NCBI GenBank assembly: GCA_013239625.1
Contig: MU055770.1
Span: 5,393,976 to 5,457,975, forward strand
Length of the DNA stretch: 64,000 bases
Direction: 5' to 3'
Source: Lama guanicoe
Lineage: Eukaryota
Position 1 is the first letter of the stretch. Each line of letters starts with the position of its first letter. Positions 1 to 12,225 of the stretch are shown one piece after another. The notes under the pieces are model-generated. The model did not search any database and was not told where the DNA came from. It saw nothing but the letters and a program-made list of their open reading frames with translations. The translations under genes and the position numbers were made by a program.

Positions 1-1179
1 GTTTGAGAAAGAATGGTAGTCAGTGAGGTGAAGGCTGGATATAATTATGGATGCCAGACCAGGGGTTAAAATGGCAACTTACTAAGGGCTACAGTTTTAG
101 AATTGTCATCAGCTTATGACCCTCTATTTCTCCTTCCACTGTCTCATTTTCCAATTCGCGAAATAACAGTATATTCAAGTTCATCAGGGTTTCCTCAGAG
201 AGAAAGTCACCATTTTCTGATCTGTGTGATTCTAATTACATCTTAGCATCTTAGCATAAGCCATTTCTGAAAAACTCAAGTCATAAAACACAATTTTCAC
301 CTAGTTTTCAAAATGTCTGGTTTTAAACACAATGTTCTCAAGTTCCAAGAAGAGATGGAAATTTTAAGAATAAACTTGAAAGGACTTTGTTGTTAGATAA
401 GGAATAAATGAGGAGACCCATGATAGCCATGATAATCGGGCAGGATCTTAAAAGGGATGCATTTGGAACTGACTGTTTAATAGTTACAGCTCTTAGTCAC
501 CAAAAACAGAATAGGATCCAAACCACAGCAAAAGCTGTTTCGTTTGGGAAGCCAATGTTAATTTCTCATGCACCTCTGCAAACTCTTGACCATATTTCTG
601 TGAGGGACACACCCTTAAATAAACAGATATTTTAAAATCTATCAAGATAAAAGGTTTCTTTTTTTTTTTTATGAAGAGATCAGACCTTAAGATCTGAAAA
701 AAGTGGTCACTGTTGCATGAAAGGGAAGAAACTCCAAGGGAATAGACAATCTCGTTGAGGAAAAAGTCATTTCTCCAAGCAGCTTTCCCTTCCATCAGTT
801 ATCCCTCTGCTCAGCACTTAGAAGACTGTCACAGATTATGTTTATTTAAGACATCTAGGCTTTTGTAATCTGTCATAGTAAAATGAAGAGGTGGACATGG
901 TGTATGGTTCACCACAAAGAGACCTGTGAAAGGATCTGTCTTTTTAGTGTAGACATGGAGAGTTAGACCTTAAAATAACAAGGTCCAGAAAAGAAGTGAC
1001 ACTTAGGATTCTGAACGCACTTCAAAATGCATCCAACATGTTGAACAAATTAACCAGAAGCATGATTTGTAAAAATGAACATAGGAGCAAATTAGACAAC
1101 TTCTCTAATGCATACTAATGGAAAGGAATGGCGGGAGAGGGGCCTGCTGTTAGCAAAACTGAAATGAGAGAGGGGGGTC

Positions 1180-1340
1180 TTTGGGTTCAAATCTGGACTT
1201 GCCCGTTAAATTTAGCTTGTCATCTTGGGAACATCCCTGGGCCTCATTTTCCCTCCATGTAAAACAGAGTTAATTGTATCTTTCTATCTCGTCACAAGTA
1301 CAGTGTCTGGATAAAATGAGACGAGGGTTGGAAAGCCCTC
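1180..1340 (+). mobile_element. MIR fragment
   Basis: gggttcaaatc...ctgggcctcattttccctccatgtaaaa. Confidence 0.6.
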
Positions 1341-2684
1341 TGAGAAATAAAAATATGCAGTGACTTTGGCCTGGACTCAGAAACTCCTGTGAACCAGCCC
1401 TCCACAAACACACACGCCCTTGTCTAGATGGCTGCACCATAAAAGGCAGCTTCAAATGGCTACGGAGGATATGGGAGAAAACTGGATAATCCTCAGTCAG
1501 AATCTATCAATGACTAAAGAGTTGACTCTGAGAATTTATGCTCAACTGTGTGCAAATTGACTTGTTCCCACGTTTATTTTTCCAGCCCAGAAGAACCCAA
1601 ACTGAAAACTCCCCCTTTGCGGGTATTATCAGGTAATTTAGTGATTGACAACGTTGTTCTAATCCAGTGCTGAGAAGGGACATCTAACTTCTATGGTCCT
1701 CGTTTCCACCACATGAAATAAGGTGATGGGAAAAACGACTATAAGGGTCCCTTTAACTAACATTTTAAGTTTTGAAAATCGAAGAATAAGGAGGGCAGAA
1801 CTGACGACTGACTAGTTCATGTCCTGGGCCCCAGGCCAAACACTTCGCCTCCCCATTGTCTCCTCATAATGAAAATAGCTTTGGTTCAGCTCAGGCCAGA
1901 GCAGCCTTAATCTACCACTGGTTTGTAAATCAATCATTAGACTCAACTCAGAAGCAGCTGATTCTATTTCGGTCTGACTTTCGATGCCAAAACTCAACCC
2001 CCAGTTTGTTTGGTTTTAATAAATTTATTCTGTTGTTGTGAACGTTGTGCAAAATGGAAAAAACAAGTCTAGACTGGTCTTAGTTCAGGAAGTGAGGTCA
2101 GGGTCTCTTTATTAAAAATAAACATCCTCTTTTTGCTTCCTTTTCACTCTTTTCTCACAAATCTGCTCCCCAAAACCCTTGGAACCCAGGGCTCCAACAC
2201 ATGGCACAGCTTGGTGGATAATAAAGCCAAGAAGACAAGAAGTTCCTAAAGGCAGCTGAGAGTAATACAAGGTGGACATGACCAAAAACCAGCTGCCTGA
2301 ACCCTGGTAGGATCCTTCATCTCCCCTTGGTAAAAGCTGGCACGTTAATCCCAGTGAATGAGACACAATTTGGTCTGAATCTTGCAGTCCATGCTTTCTG
2401 GCCCTCACTGCCCTTCTACCTTTAACTAAGGATGGTGGCCCTTAATCACTTCCTGTCCAAACACAGTGTTCGGACCTAAAACTAAATCCAGGATTGAGTT
2501 GTTTTTTTTTTTGGCACTCTCTCCCACCTTCAAGGGCTTTCTTTTCCTTTTGGATCTGCCTTTTCTCTCTCTCTCTCTTTAGGAGATTTTGTGAAGTGCT
2601 ATTAAAATAGAGGGGTTTATGATTAGCGAGGTACACAAGTGACCCACAAAAATAATTATTTCTTCAGCACGCACTTGGAAGGGG

Positions 2685-2915
2685 CTGGTAGAAGGGAGTC
2701 TAACACGGCATTAAGCACACAGACTCTGGGGTCAGACAGCCTGATTCTATGACTTGTTAACTGCGTAATGAAAGTGTAAACTTTCACAAGTTTACTGGTT
2801 TCTCTGTGCCTTGGTTTTCTCAATGTAAAATGGGAATAGTAACAGAAATAACCTCCTAGGTTGGCTCTGAAGATTAAATGAAATCGCACAAGTTAAGGAC
2901 TTGGCACAGAGCAAG
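2685..2915 (+). mobile_element. MIR SINE
   Basis: gactctggggtcagacagcctg...ctctgtgccttggttttctcaatgtaaaatgggaatagtaacag...gattaaatga. Confidence 0.85.
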
Positions 2916-4049
2916 CCTCGATTACCTTACCTGAGAAATATCCCAAAGTGGGCAGACGTCACACACTTCACAAGCTTTCTTTGTTTTTCCTTTCTTTCTC
3001 TGGTTTGAGCTAAGGCACTAGCTGTTCATTTTACCTAGAATGCCACCTCCCTTCCCTAGTTAGCAGCTCCTCATCAGTCATCAAGGGTCCCACCCAAATG
3101 GGTCTCTCTGGAGCTTTCCTTGGGTCTCTGGGCTCCCCTGGCATGTGGTACAGGCTTCAAGGAATACGGCATTGATCACATCTTACTGCTACTGTCGATT
3201 TATAATATATTTATGTATCTTTAAAAAGCATATAGCAGACACTGAGAACTCAATACATAGTTTAGATATCTCTGGGATACATCCCCAAGCCTGTTTTCAG
3301 TAGGTTCTTTCTACCACCACGTCTACGCTGACCTGAAAATGTGTGAGCGTGTGACAGTGACCATCAGAAGCCATGCAGCTGCCTGAGGCACAGAGAAGGT
3401 TTTTGCGCACAGAAGTGGAGCAGAGCAAATAGGGCTTTAAGCCTCAGGATCAGATCTGAACAAATCAAGAGACTCCCCAGAGTTTATCTTTTTGGTGTAG
3501 GATATTAGCTTGGTTGCCTCGGAGAATAAACTTGCTGGAATCTATTGGTTTTCTCCTCTAAGAAACTATATATACATTTCCCCGACAGGAAGGCCATAAA
3601 AATTAGCATCCCTTGCTATCAAGTTAACCTTTTGGAATTTAGCTGGTTACTTACAGAGCCTTTGGAAAATTGTAAGTATGGATTAGACCAGGAATTTACT
3701 GATGGAAAATTACATCCGGGAGGGGGAGAAAGTGTAGAAGTTTAAGAAAACTCATTTTTTCAAATAAATGAGTGTTTATGAGCAAGTAAAAGGACAAAGA
3801 ATAGTGAGGGCATAAAAGAAGAAAGGAGAAACCAAGAGCGAGGGAAGAAACGGAAGCTTTTCTCATTTGAAATTAGGATGCACTAAATGTGGGTCTCTCT
3901 CTCTCTCTCTCTCCTTCTCTCTCATTGGCTCCTGTGTAGGCTGCTCTGGAGATGGTCACAGAAGCTCCAAGACATGGGAACATAAACTAGGTAACCAACA
4001 ACTCAGATTAATCAAATCAACAAACATTCCAAGGCAGCCTCGAGGAGTG

Positions 4050-4250
4050 GCGTGAGCTCAAATCTGAGTTCTCATCTCAACCCCAGCATTTACTGGTTCA
4101 GTCTTTGAGCAAGGTAACCTTTCTAAACTTTTCTAAATTCCACAATGGGGGTAACATGCATACTTGGAAGGGTTTCTATGAAAATTAGAAATAATATAAG
4201 TGAACTATCTGGAATATAATTGGTCCTTCATAAATAATGGATATTATTAT
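4050..4250 (+). mobile_element. MIR fragment
   Basis: ctgagttc...ttgagcaagg...aatgggggtaaca...gaaaattagaaataat. Confidence 0.6.
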
Positions 4251-4398
4251 TATATTGTTTAAAAGTATACAAAGCAATGTAAGTAAAACATGACTCCTAA
4301 CCTCAGGTGGGTTTATAAGCAATAAGTATAGGAGACATTCAATTTAGTGTACAAAAACATCGTCAGTCATTATTTCCTGAAAATAGAAATTTTTCAAA

Positions 4399-4401
<3 letters not shown>

Positions 4402-4430
<29 letters not shown>
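4402..4430. repeat. Poly-A tract (29 nt)
   Basis: Read directly. Confidence 0.95.
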
Positions 4431-4433
<3 letters not shown>

Positions 4434-5819
4434 AGAGAAAAAGTCTCTGAAAGTTCTGAGGAAAAGGGCAAAATGCTTCAAGACATAAAAGATGGCAAGT
4501 TTACCTCCTAAAACAAACATATTACAATGACTTGGCATTTTTATTAGGAAATAGATTTTTTGCACACTAGTTCTCAGGCCAACTAAATACTGTATCAGTG
4601 GTCACACAGAACATGGGACCGGAGCGGGTCCACAGAAAACTGAAAGGATTTAGGTGAGCATAGGAAGAGGGGTGCATTCCAAAAGGAAGGAGGGGTGTGA
4701 TGCAGAAGGACCCAGTGTCTGAGATGATCCTGAGCTTTTAAATGCCCCCATCCTCCTGGCCCCAGTCAAAGAAACCCCTGACCCCCTTGCTTTACTCACA
4801 AGTACATTCTGGACCTTCGTCCTTAGTTTGCGTCCTTGCGCTGGGCTGGGAGACCTATTACTGATCTCTTGATTTCTTGTCACATTTCCCATCTACAGCC
4901 CCAAACTCTTCCCTCGGACCCAATATTGTTTCTCTGGTTTTATCCCTTAACTTCCTTTCCTTGATAATAGTTTTAAGCAGTGTCTTTTTCTGGTCCTTCT
5001 ACATGATATTCAGCCTGATCCCATGAGGCTACCAGAGCTAGGTGCATGCCAAGTCCTCGGTCCCTTGAGAGGGAACGGAAAAAGACATGGAAAATACAAG
5101 ATCTTTGTAAATTAATTTGACTGAGGCAGAGTATTTGGGAAGATGAGTGGTTAAGAACATTGGCAAAATCTTTTGCAAAATTACACGGTTCTTTCCACGT
5201 TGCCTGTTTTATAAAACACGTTGTGTTTGCCAAACTACATTAGCTGAGAAGGCCCACAGCCCACGAAAGGCTGAGTGACAGAAAGAATCCTTGGGTCTGA
5301 GGTTATGCTAGGTCACTAAAATAAGAGCCAAAGTCAGCCTCTCCAGAGTGGGAAGGGCTTTCTCTTGTCTTCTTAAGAGGGAATGTAAAAGTATTTATGG
5401 TCATAGTCTTATTTCTTACACAAACTCAACTATAAGCCCTCATTACAAAAGTGATTCAGCAATACTTTTAGTGTGACTTGGTCAAACAGCAAATATGTAT
5501 TGATCGCCTACTCTGAGCAAATGATCCCAATGAATTTATGTGGTTTAAATTCCCTATATATAACTCAGCTTTGTTGAGATTGTGCAATATATTGTTTGGT
5601 TTTATTATTATTATTATTTGGTTTATTATTATTAGTCATGAAGGAGTTGAAAAATAGTAAGCAAAAGGAAATGACAGTCACTTACTCCTAAGGACTCGTC
5701 CCCTTCATTCATCCCTGTGTACAAAGCCATTTGTTCTATGGAGGAAGACAGGGAGGAACCCATTTAGGAAAAAGTGTATTTTCATTTATTTTGAAAAACA
5801 CATGTAAGCATTTTATTTG

Positions 5820-7250
5820 CACAGGCTGATGACTCCCAGATTTATACTTCCAGTTCAGATCAGACACTGAACCCCAACCATTTACTCTGTATTTCTAGTT
5901 GGATGTCAAAAAAACATCTCAACTCATTATACCCATTGTCACTTCTCCCATAAACTATGAACTGCTCAGAATTAGCACCAGTTTTGCAAACCAGAAACAA
6001 AGGAGCCATCTTTGACACCACACCTGTACCTCTACATTCATTGGTTCAACATTACCTTCTAAATAACTTTCATCTCTTTCTTTCTTCCTCTTCAACATCA
6101 TGTTAGTTTAAGCCACTATCACTCTGGCACAGGGACTATTGCAAGGGTCCCCCCAGGTATCTCCCTGCATTAACTCTCACCTCTTTCCATTCTATTCTCT
6201 TCACTGCAGCCAGACTCATTTTTTTTTAACACAATCTGATTAATGTCACTCTTCTCCTTCTTAAAGTTTTTCAATGGTTTTCAATTACCTTTAAGATAAT
6301 AAGAAGTTAGATCTTTGGCATTTCCACACACAGTCCTGCCTAATTCCTCAGGTTTGTCTTGTGTCTATTCTTTCCAGTTTTTTTGAGGTATGACTGGCAA
6401 ATAAAAACTGTATATACTTAGGTCACACGACGTGATTTTTCAAGTGTACAGAGTGTGAAATGGTTACCATAGTCAAGTCAATTAACACATTGATCACCTC
6501 ATATAGCTATCTTGTGCGTGTGTGTGCATGCATGTGTGTGTGTATGTGTGGTGAGAACACTTAAGATCTTGTGCCTTTAAAAACACAAAGCCTCATTCCA
6601 CCTTTCAACTTACATAGTTACTATTCCTTGAACCTGTAAGATTCCTTCTCTTCCTGTTCTTACTACCCCCTTTATATATTTAACTCCTATTTATACCTCG
6701 AACTGCAGATCAAACGTTCTTCTTCAACAAATTTTTTTCCTAGCCCCCTAAACTAAGTCTTGGTCCTCTGTCATGTACTTTCTTAACTCACAGTACTTCT
6801 CCTTCATAATATTTATCAAAGTTTATAATCATGCATTTTCATGATTATCTCATTTCATGAAACCACGTTCTAGAAGAGTAGAGATCTCCCATCTTTCTTA
6901 TTACCAAAGCACAACACACTGATGAACACATTTTGGGGGCAGATGCGGGGGTGGGGTAATCCAAAAGAACATCCAAATATGAAGAAGTGACCTGCAAATT
7001 ATGTAGAAGAGGTGGAGACTGTCAAAGCAATTCCTATGATCTTTCCATTTACTTTCAGCATTTGCCACTACCCCATATAAAACTATTTACTTATTTGTTT
7101 TAGGTTATCGTTTGTCTCCTCTGCTGGAATTAATCTCCATGGGAGCAGGGTTCTTGCCTGCTTTGCTCCTTACTGTATTCTCAGTGCCCAGATCAGTACC
7201 TACACACAGCAGTGACCTGATAAATAGATGGCTTGAAAAATAAATGAAAG
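5820..7250 (+). mobile_element. L2 3' region, fragmented
   Basis: gatgactcccagattta...ttggatgtc...cactgcagccaga...ctccatgggagcaggg...cagtacctacacacagcag...aaataaatgaa. Confidence 0.72.
6377..6570 (-). mobile_element. L1MA-like 3' end with (TG)n, inserted in an L2
   Basis: ttttgaggtatgactggcaaataaaaactgtatatac...gtgagaacacttaagatct. Confidence 0.75.
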
Positions 7251-8329
7251 TGAATGTCACATTAGAATGAAAAAATTATAATTTTAATGAGTCTACAGAA
7301 GTGACTCTTAGGTCAAAAGTGAATTTGGGCCCTAGGGAAGAAGGAAATGTTGTCTGTGATTAGAAATCACTCTCAGTGTGTGAGGATGGTCAGTGTCTAA
7401 GAACAGTACATATGGAAAGTGAGAATGAGAACCGAGAAAGACAGCTATGGGAGGAGAACAGGAAGCATCGGTGAAATGTGTGGTTCCATTCTGACGGTTG
7501 TTTAGTGCATCTTGGTAAGCCATCATCATCTTCTTCTTCATCACCATCATTATTAGAAGGGTAAAACTAACAACTAGTGGACAGAGAAAGAAAGAAGCTG
7601 TTTAATTCATCTTTTTTTGTGCCCACCTCAATTAACCACTTCAGTGAAGGGTGAGGTTCTAACATCTTTTCCAACCTTTTTACACATCCTAAGCAGCCTA
7701 AACTTTAAAACTCCGCTGAGGCAGACCTATGAACTGGGAGGATGTGGTGAGGTCCTTCTTCTAGGTTTCATTGAGCTGTGGGGCTTTTCAGAGGCTACAG
7801 ACATGAGCAGCACAGGTGGATCAGGGTTATTCATGATGATATGCATTCCTTTCTTTGGGAAAGTTTAAAACAAACAAAACTTCCTAATTCTGGAATCTGA
7901 AGAAGTGTAGCCCGTACATTCTGGCACAGACTGAACCTGGCTAACTACTGAGAAGGCCCTACTGCCTTGATTGCAGAAGAGTCTACATTTTTGCTACTGT
8001 GATATTTGAGTGACTAACTGACCCACTGTACATTCTGGGTTTCTTGATGTCTGTGTCGGGTCCATCTTTGAACTGAAAGCAGCCAGCATCTAAAACAGTG
8101 TGTTAATGTGCAATATAACAGCACACAATCAATATGCAATGAATCCGGTTGAATAGACAAGTCAATACATGGCCAGGAAAAAAATTCATCCAGCAACACA
8201 GAGAGATGGCACGGATGCTTGTTGTATCTGGGGCGTCAAAAAAAAAAAAATTAATCCATTCAGATTATCTTCCATCATTGTTGTTGGAGTCTTTGAGTTT
8301 TCTTCATAGAGATTCTATGGTTAAATTAA

Positions 8330-8760
8330 TTCAAAAATACTTGGTATTGTGAAACTTACACTATTTTCATTACATTTTCCAATTAGCTATTACTAATAGA
8401 GAGAAATGGTACTGTTGTTGTCAACTGATCTTGTATCGGCAAATTTACTAACCTCTCACTGATTCTAGTAGTTTGTTGACTGGATGACTATTTCTTATGT
8501 TATTCAGATAATATTGTCTTATTAAGAGGTGCTTGAAATAATTTTCTCATTCTTTTGTTTAAAGCTTCTCTATATCTTTTGTCTTAAATGTGTCTCTTAG
8601 AAAACATACATTATTAGACTTCTTTTTAAAAATCTATTCTAAGAGTCTGTATGTTAATTGGTGAGTTTGGCCCATTTATATACCTAGAATTACCACCTGA
8701 TTAAAATTACTTTTTACAGTACAATGCTTTTTACATAACTGATTAAAGAGTTTCTCACAG
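8330..8760 (-). mobile_element. Old L1 (L1ME-like) fragments
   Basis: aaatgtgtctcttagaaaacataca...ttaattggtgagtttggcccatttata resembles antisense L1. Confidence 0.5.
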
Positions 8761-11089
8761 CATTTATAATTATTTCTTATCTCTCTATAGACTATAATTT
8801 TATTGAGGACAGATATAAATTCTAATTGATACAGTATCTGGGGCAAAGTAGATAGTTTAAAAGTGTTTGTCGAAAGATTAGCAAATGAATGAATGATCAT
8901 TATTGTGCTTAGAAATTGCCTTGTCACTAATATGTTAACTTGTTTTTATAAATTCTATTTAGCAAATAATTATTAAGTGCTTACTATTTGCCAGGCACTG
9001 TGCCATGTGTTACATTAGAACATCTAATCTTTACTCTTTAGATATTTATAGTCTAATATAAATGACATATAATCCAATAATACAAATGATTGTACACTCA
9101 CATATAATATGCACACAGAGAATTGTCTGAAGTCAGGTGATGCCCAAGGTGTCCAAGCCCATGGTATCCCTGTGGACAAGTCGGTCGCAGCTGTGAGCCT
9201 CCTTTTCCCCATATGAGCTCTATAAAAATAAACCATATTCTCATTATCAAGGTAATATTTTAGGCTACATTTTGTATTCATACCACACATGTAAATTTTT
9301 ATTATAGACTTTCTCAGTTGTTTGCATATCTGTTATTCCTGGTCCTCTTTGAAGAGTACTAAGAATTATCTTTTTTTATGCTTTTTTTTTTCAATTTTGG
9401 TGCATGCCTCTAGTGGGAATTTTTTTTCCTTCAAGTATCATGTAAGTCCTAGATAGTTTAAATAATAGGCTATATGCCAGGGCCTGTATAAATTTACTTA
9501 GATAATCACTGAAATGTTTCATTATCTTTTCCTTTGTTGATTTTTTTTTTTTTTTTTCCAGAACACTCAAAATGCCTGAGGGTTCTTTAACTGCCTTTGT
9601 TTGGAATAATTAATTCTAATCTTACACCATATGGAAATCATCCCTACAAGCCAGCCTTGTCAAATCTGTTCATGGCAGCCCATGTTGTTGCTTTCTTGTT
9701 GTGCAACAGAAAAACACTCTGGCAAGAGGAATGGTGAGTCAGTTTTTTCGCTTATCTTTGAGCACATGCAGGAGGCGTTCCAGCCAGATGAACGGCGCCT
9801 GGCCTTTGCAGGGGTCAGTCTAGATACAAAACACAATATGAACACAAAATGTGGGGCTCAGAAATCCAGGGTAAAGCTGCCAGACTAGCTATGGTTAAAA
9901 CTGACTTCCAGTTGTTCCAGAAGCAATTTTACTTTTGCATCATTATCCATTTGATTTATTTCTGGCACCAAAATATTAAGCATTTAAGCACTGCTTTTCT
10001 CAGAGTCCACGGTATAGAGGACAGCCAATATCTGTATTTGAGTTCTCCTTCCCAAGAATCTTGGGCTTCAGAATGCCCATTGCCCACAAATCCTCCAGCT
10101 CTGGCTGCTGACCTGGTGAGAAAGTTCATATGTCATTGTCATCTGAAGATGGGAAGAAAGTACTGCAATGCATTCCAAGAAATATAACACAGCTTCTGGG
10201 AAAAGGGAAAATGGCACAAAAGTTTCTTCCTTTCAGCTATTCAGCAAATGTTCTGCGAGCGTAAAAAAAAAAATTGCATGTAGAGAAAGAGAAGTTTTCG
10301 GATGGCCCTACTGTCTCTTTTTCATTAATCAACTTTTTCTTTCTTATTGATAAGGCACATATTTTTCCTTTTCGAACAAAAATTGTGCTCTGCTCTAAGT
10401 TATTTGGCATAGATGAAAGGCTTGTTTTGGTGAAAAAGTGAAGAAAAGAAGGACATGAAACACTAATGAATATTAATCATTCATTTTTAACTTAAAAAAG
10501 TAATTAATTTAATTATTTAGCTAATTCTTCCTTTCGGCAATCTTCCATATATTCTTGTTTTCTGTCCATTGAACGTCTTCTATCCATAATCTGTAAACGT
10601 TTGCTGCTGTACGTGGAGTCAGATTCCTTATACGACCTTCAACTTTTATATACAGTTTCGCTCTGTGTAAAAAATCCAGATGTAAAGAAAAACGCATAAG
10701 GGGAAAATTTACATCCTCCACACAGTCAGGGGACATGTCTTGTTTTACTCTTCTAGAGGAATTCTTGCTATTGTAGTGATTTTCCTTGAAGAGAGCACAT
10801 ACTTTTTCATGTATTTACACTATAATTTAATTTTACAATATTATTATCTGGAAATTTTTCAAGAACCTTGCTATTTCGTAAAGAAGATAATCAGCTAATT
10901 TAATAGCTGGATTGCTATATAAGCCAAAGGAAGAAAAAAATAGGAGTGAAATAGCATTTTTCCCTTCTTTGAGCATACTTATAATTATTTCGTTTTTCAA
11001 AGTATAGCAAGGAATTAAATTTACACTTCAACTAAAAGGCAGGGATATATTGAGTGCGTGTTAGGAGACTCCTAGGGGGGACCGTGAAG

Positions 11090-11540
11090 AGTAACTTCAC
11101 TGAGCTCTCATGGTTTTCAAGCACTGCACAAAGTTCACGGGTAAGACAATGTGTATGGAAATAGGGCTACAAAGATGAATAGAATACAAGCCCTGACTTC
11201 CCTTCGAGGAGCTTAAAATTCAGTGTAGGACACAGTCATGTAAACAGACAATTTCAGTATTTTGCAATAAAATCGGGTATGATTTATGAACAGGTGTCCT
11301 AGGGTTACCAGGAGGACATACCAGAGGCATTTAACTTAGTATGTGAATTCAGCAAGAGACTTCTTTCTTCTTTCAGCAAGATGACTGTGCCCTAGATAAT
11401 AAGTTGAAGTCTGGTGGATAAATGTGTCTAGGGTGAAGGAAGAGGAGGAGATTGGTGACTGTACCATCAGTAGTTGGGGAGAGGGCATGTGGCAAATACG
11501 GAGAACAGAAATGCCTGTAATTCAAAAAGGAAGAAGGTAT
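11090..11540 (-). mobile_element. L2 fragment
   Basis: gctacaaagatgaatagaatacaagccctg...gaggagcttaaaattcagtg is an antisense L2 3' end. Confidence 0.55.
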
Positions 11541-11859
11541 GTGCTAGAAAAGAAACAAAACAGAATGCCTAGGGAGTGTTTAAAGGACAGAGAAATAACC
11601 CAGTTGGGAAGCTTATGTAGTACATCATGAAGGAGGGGTATTTGAGATAAGCCTTACAAGATGCCCAAGGTTGCTATAGACAGAGCAGAAAAAGAGATTG
11701 CACAACAAAGTGAGCAAGTTGTGATGGCAAGCACTGAGGGACGTCTTACAACAAGTTGCTCAGCTAGAGGATTGGTTACATGCAGGGAAAATGTGACAGA
11801 ACACAATGGGAAAGACAGCTGGGAACATAAGGAAGGGAACTGACACTTAATGAGCAACT

Positions 11860-12225
11860 ACTGTATCGCCGACACTGGGTATTTTACAAGGATTAACTCT
11901 TTACAACAATGTATGTAACAACTGTCATCCCTCACACGCTACAGTGAGCAGATGACTCATTCGGGGTCACATAGCTTAGTTAGTAGGAGTAATAAAAAGA
12001 GCTACTTTCATTGAACATTTACTATGTGCCAGCACTGTGCTTGCTAGATGCTCCTGGGCATCATCTCATTTCATCTTCATTGCAACTCTATAAGCTGCTT
12101 TCCATTGGCACCCCCATTTTTTCAATAAAGAAATGAGAATTAGAGAAATGGCAGGGATCACGAAGTGGCAGAGCACAATTCATATTCAGTCCTGCCGACT
12201 CCAAAGCCCATGCTCTTTTCCACTG
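11860..12225 (-). mobile_element. Two tandem MIR fragments
   Basis: gaacatttactatgtgccagcactgtgc...tctcatttcatcttc...cccccatttt...gactccaaagcccatgctctt. Confidence 0.72.

Noticed and set aside
1-1100. Last exon of ERP27, the expected upstream neighbour
   Set aside because: I found no exon encoding its recalled C-terminus; it probably lies before the window.
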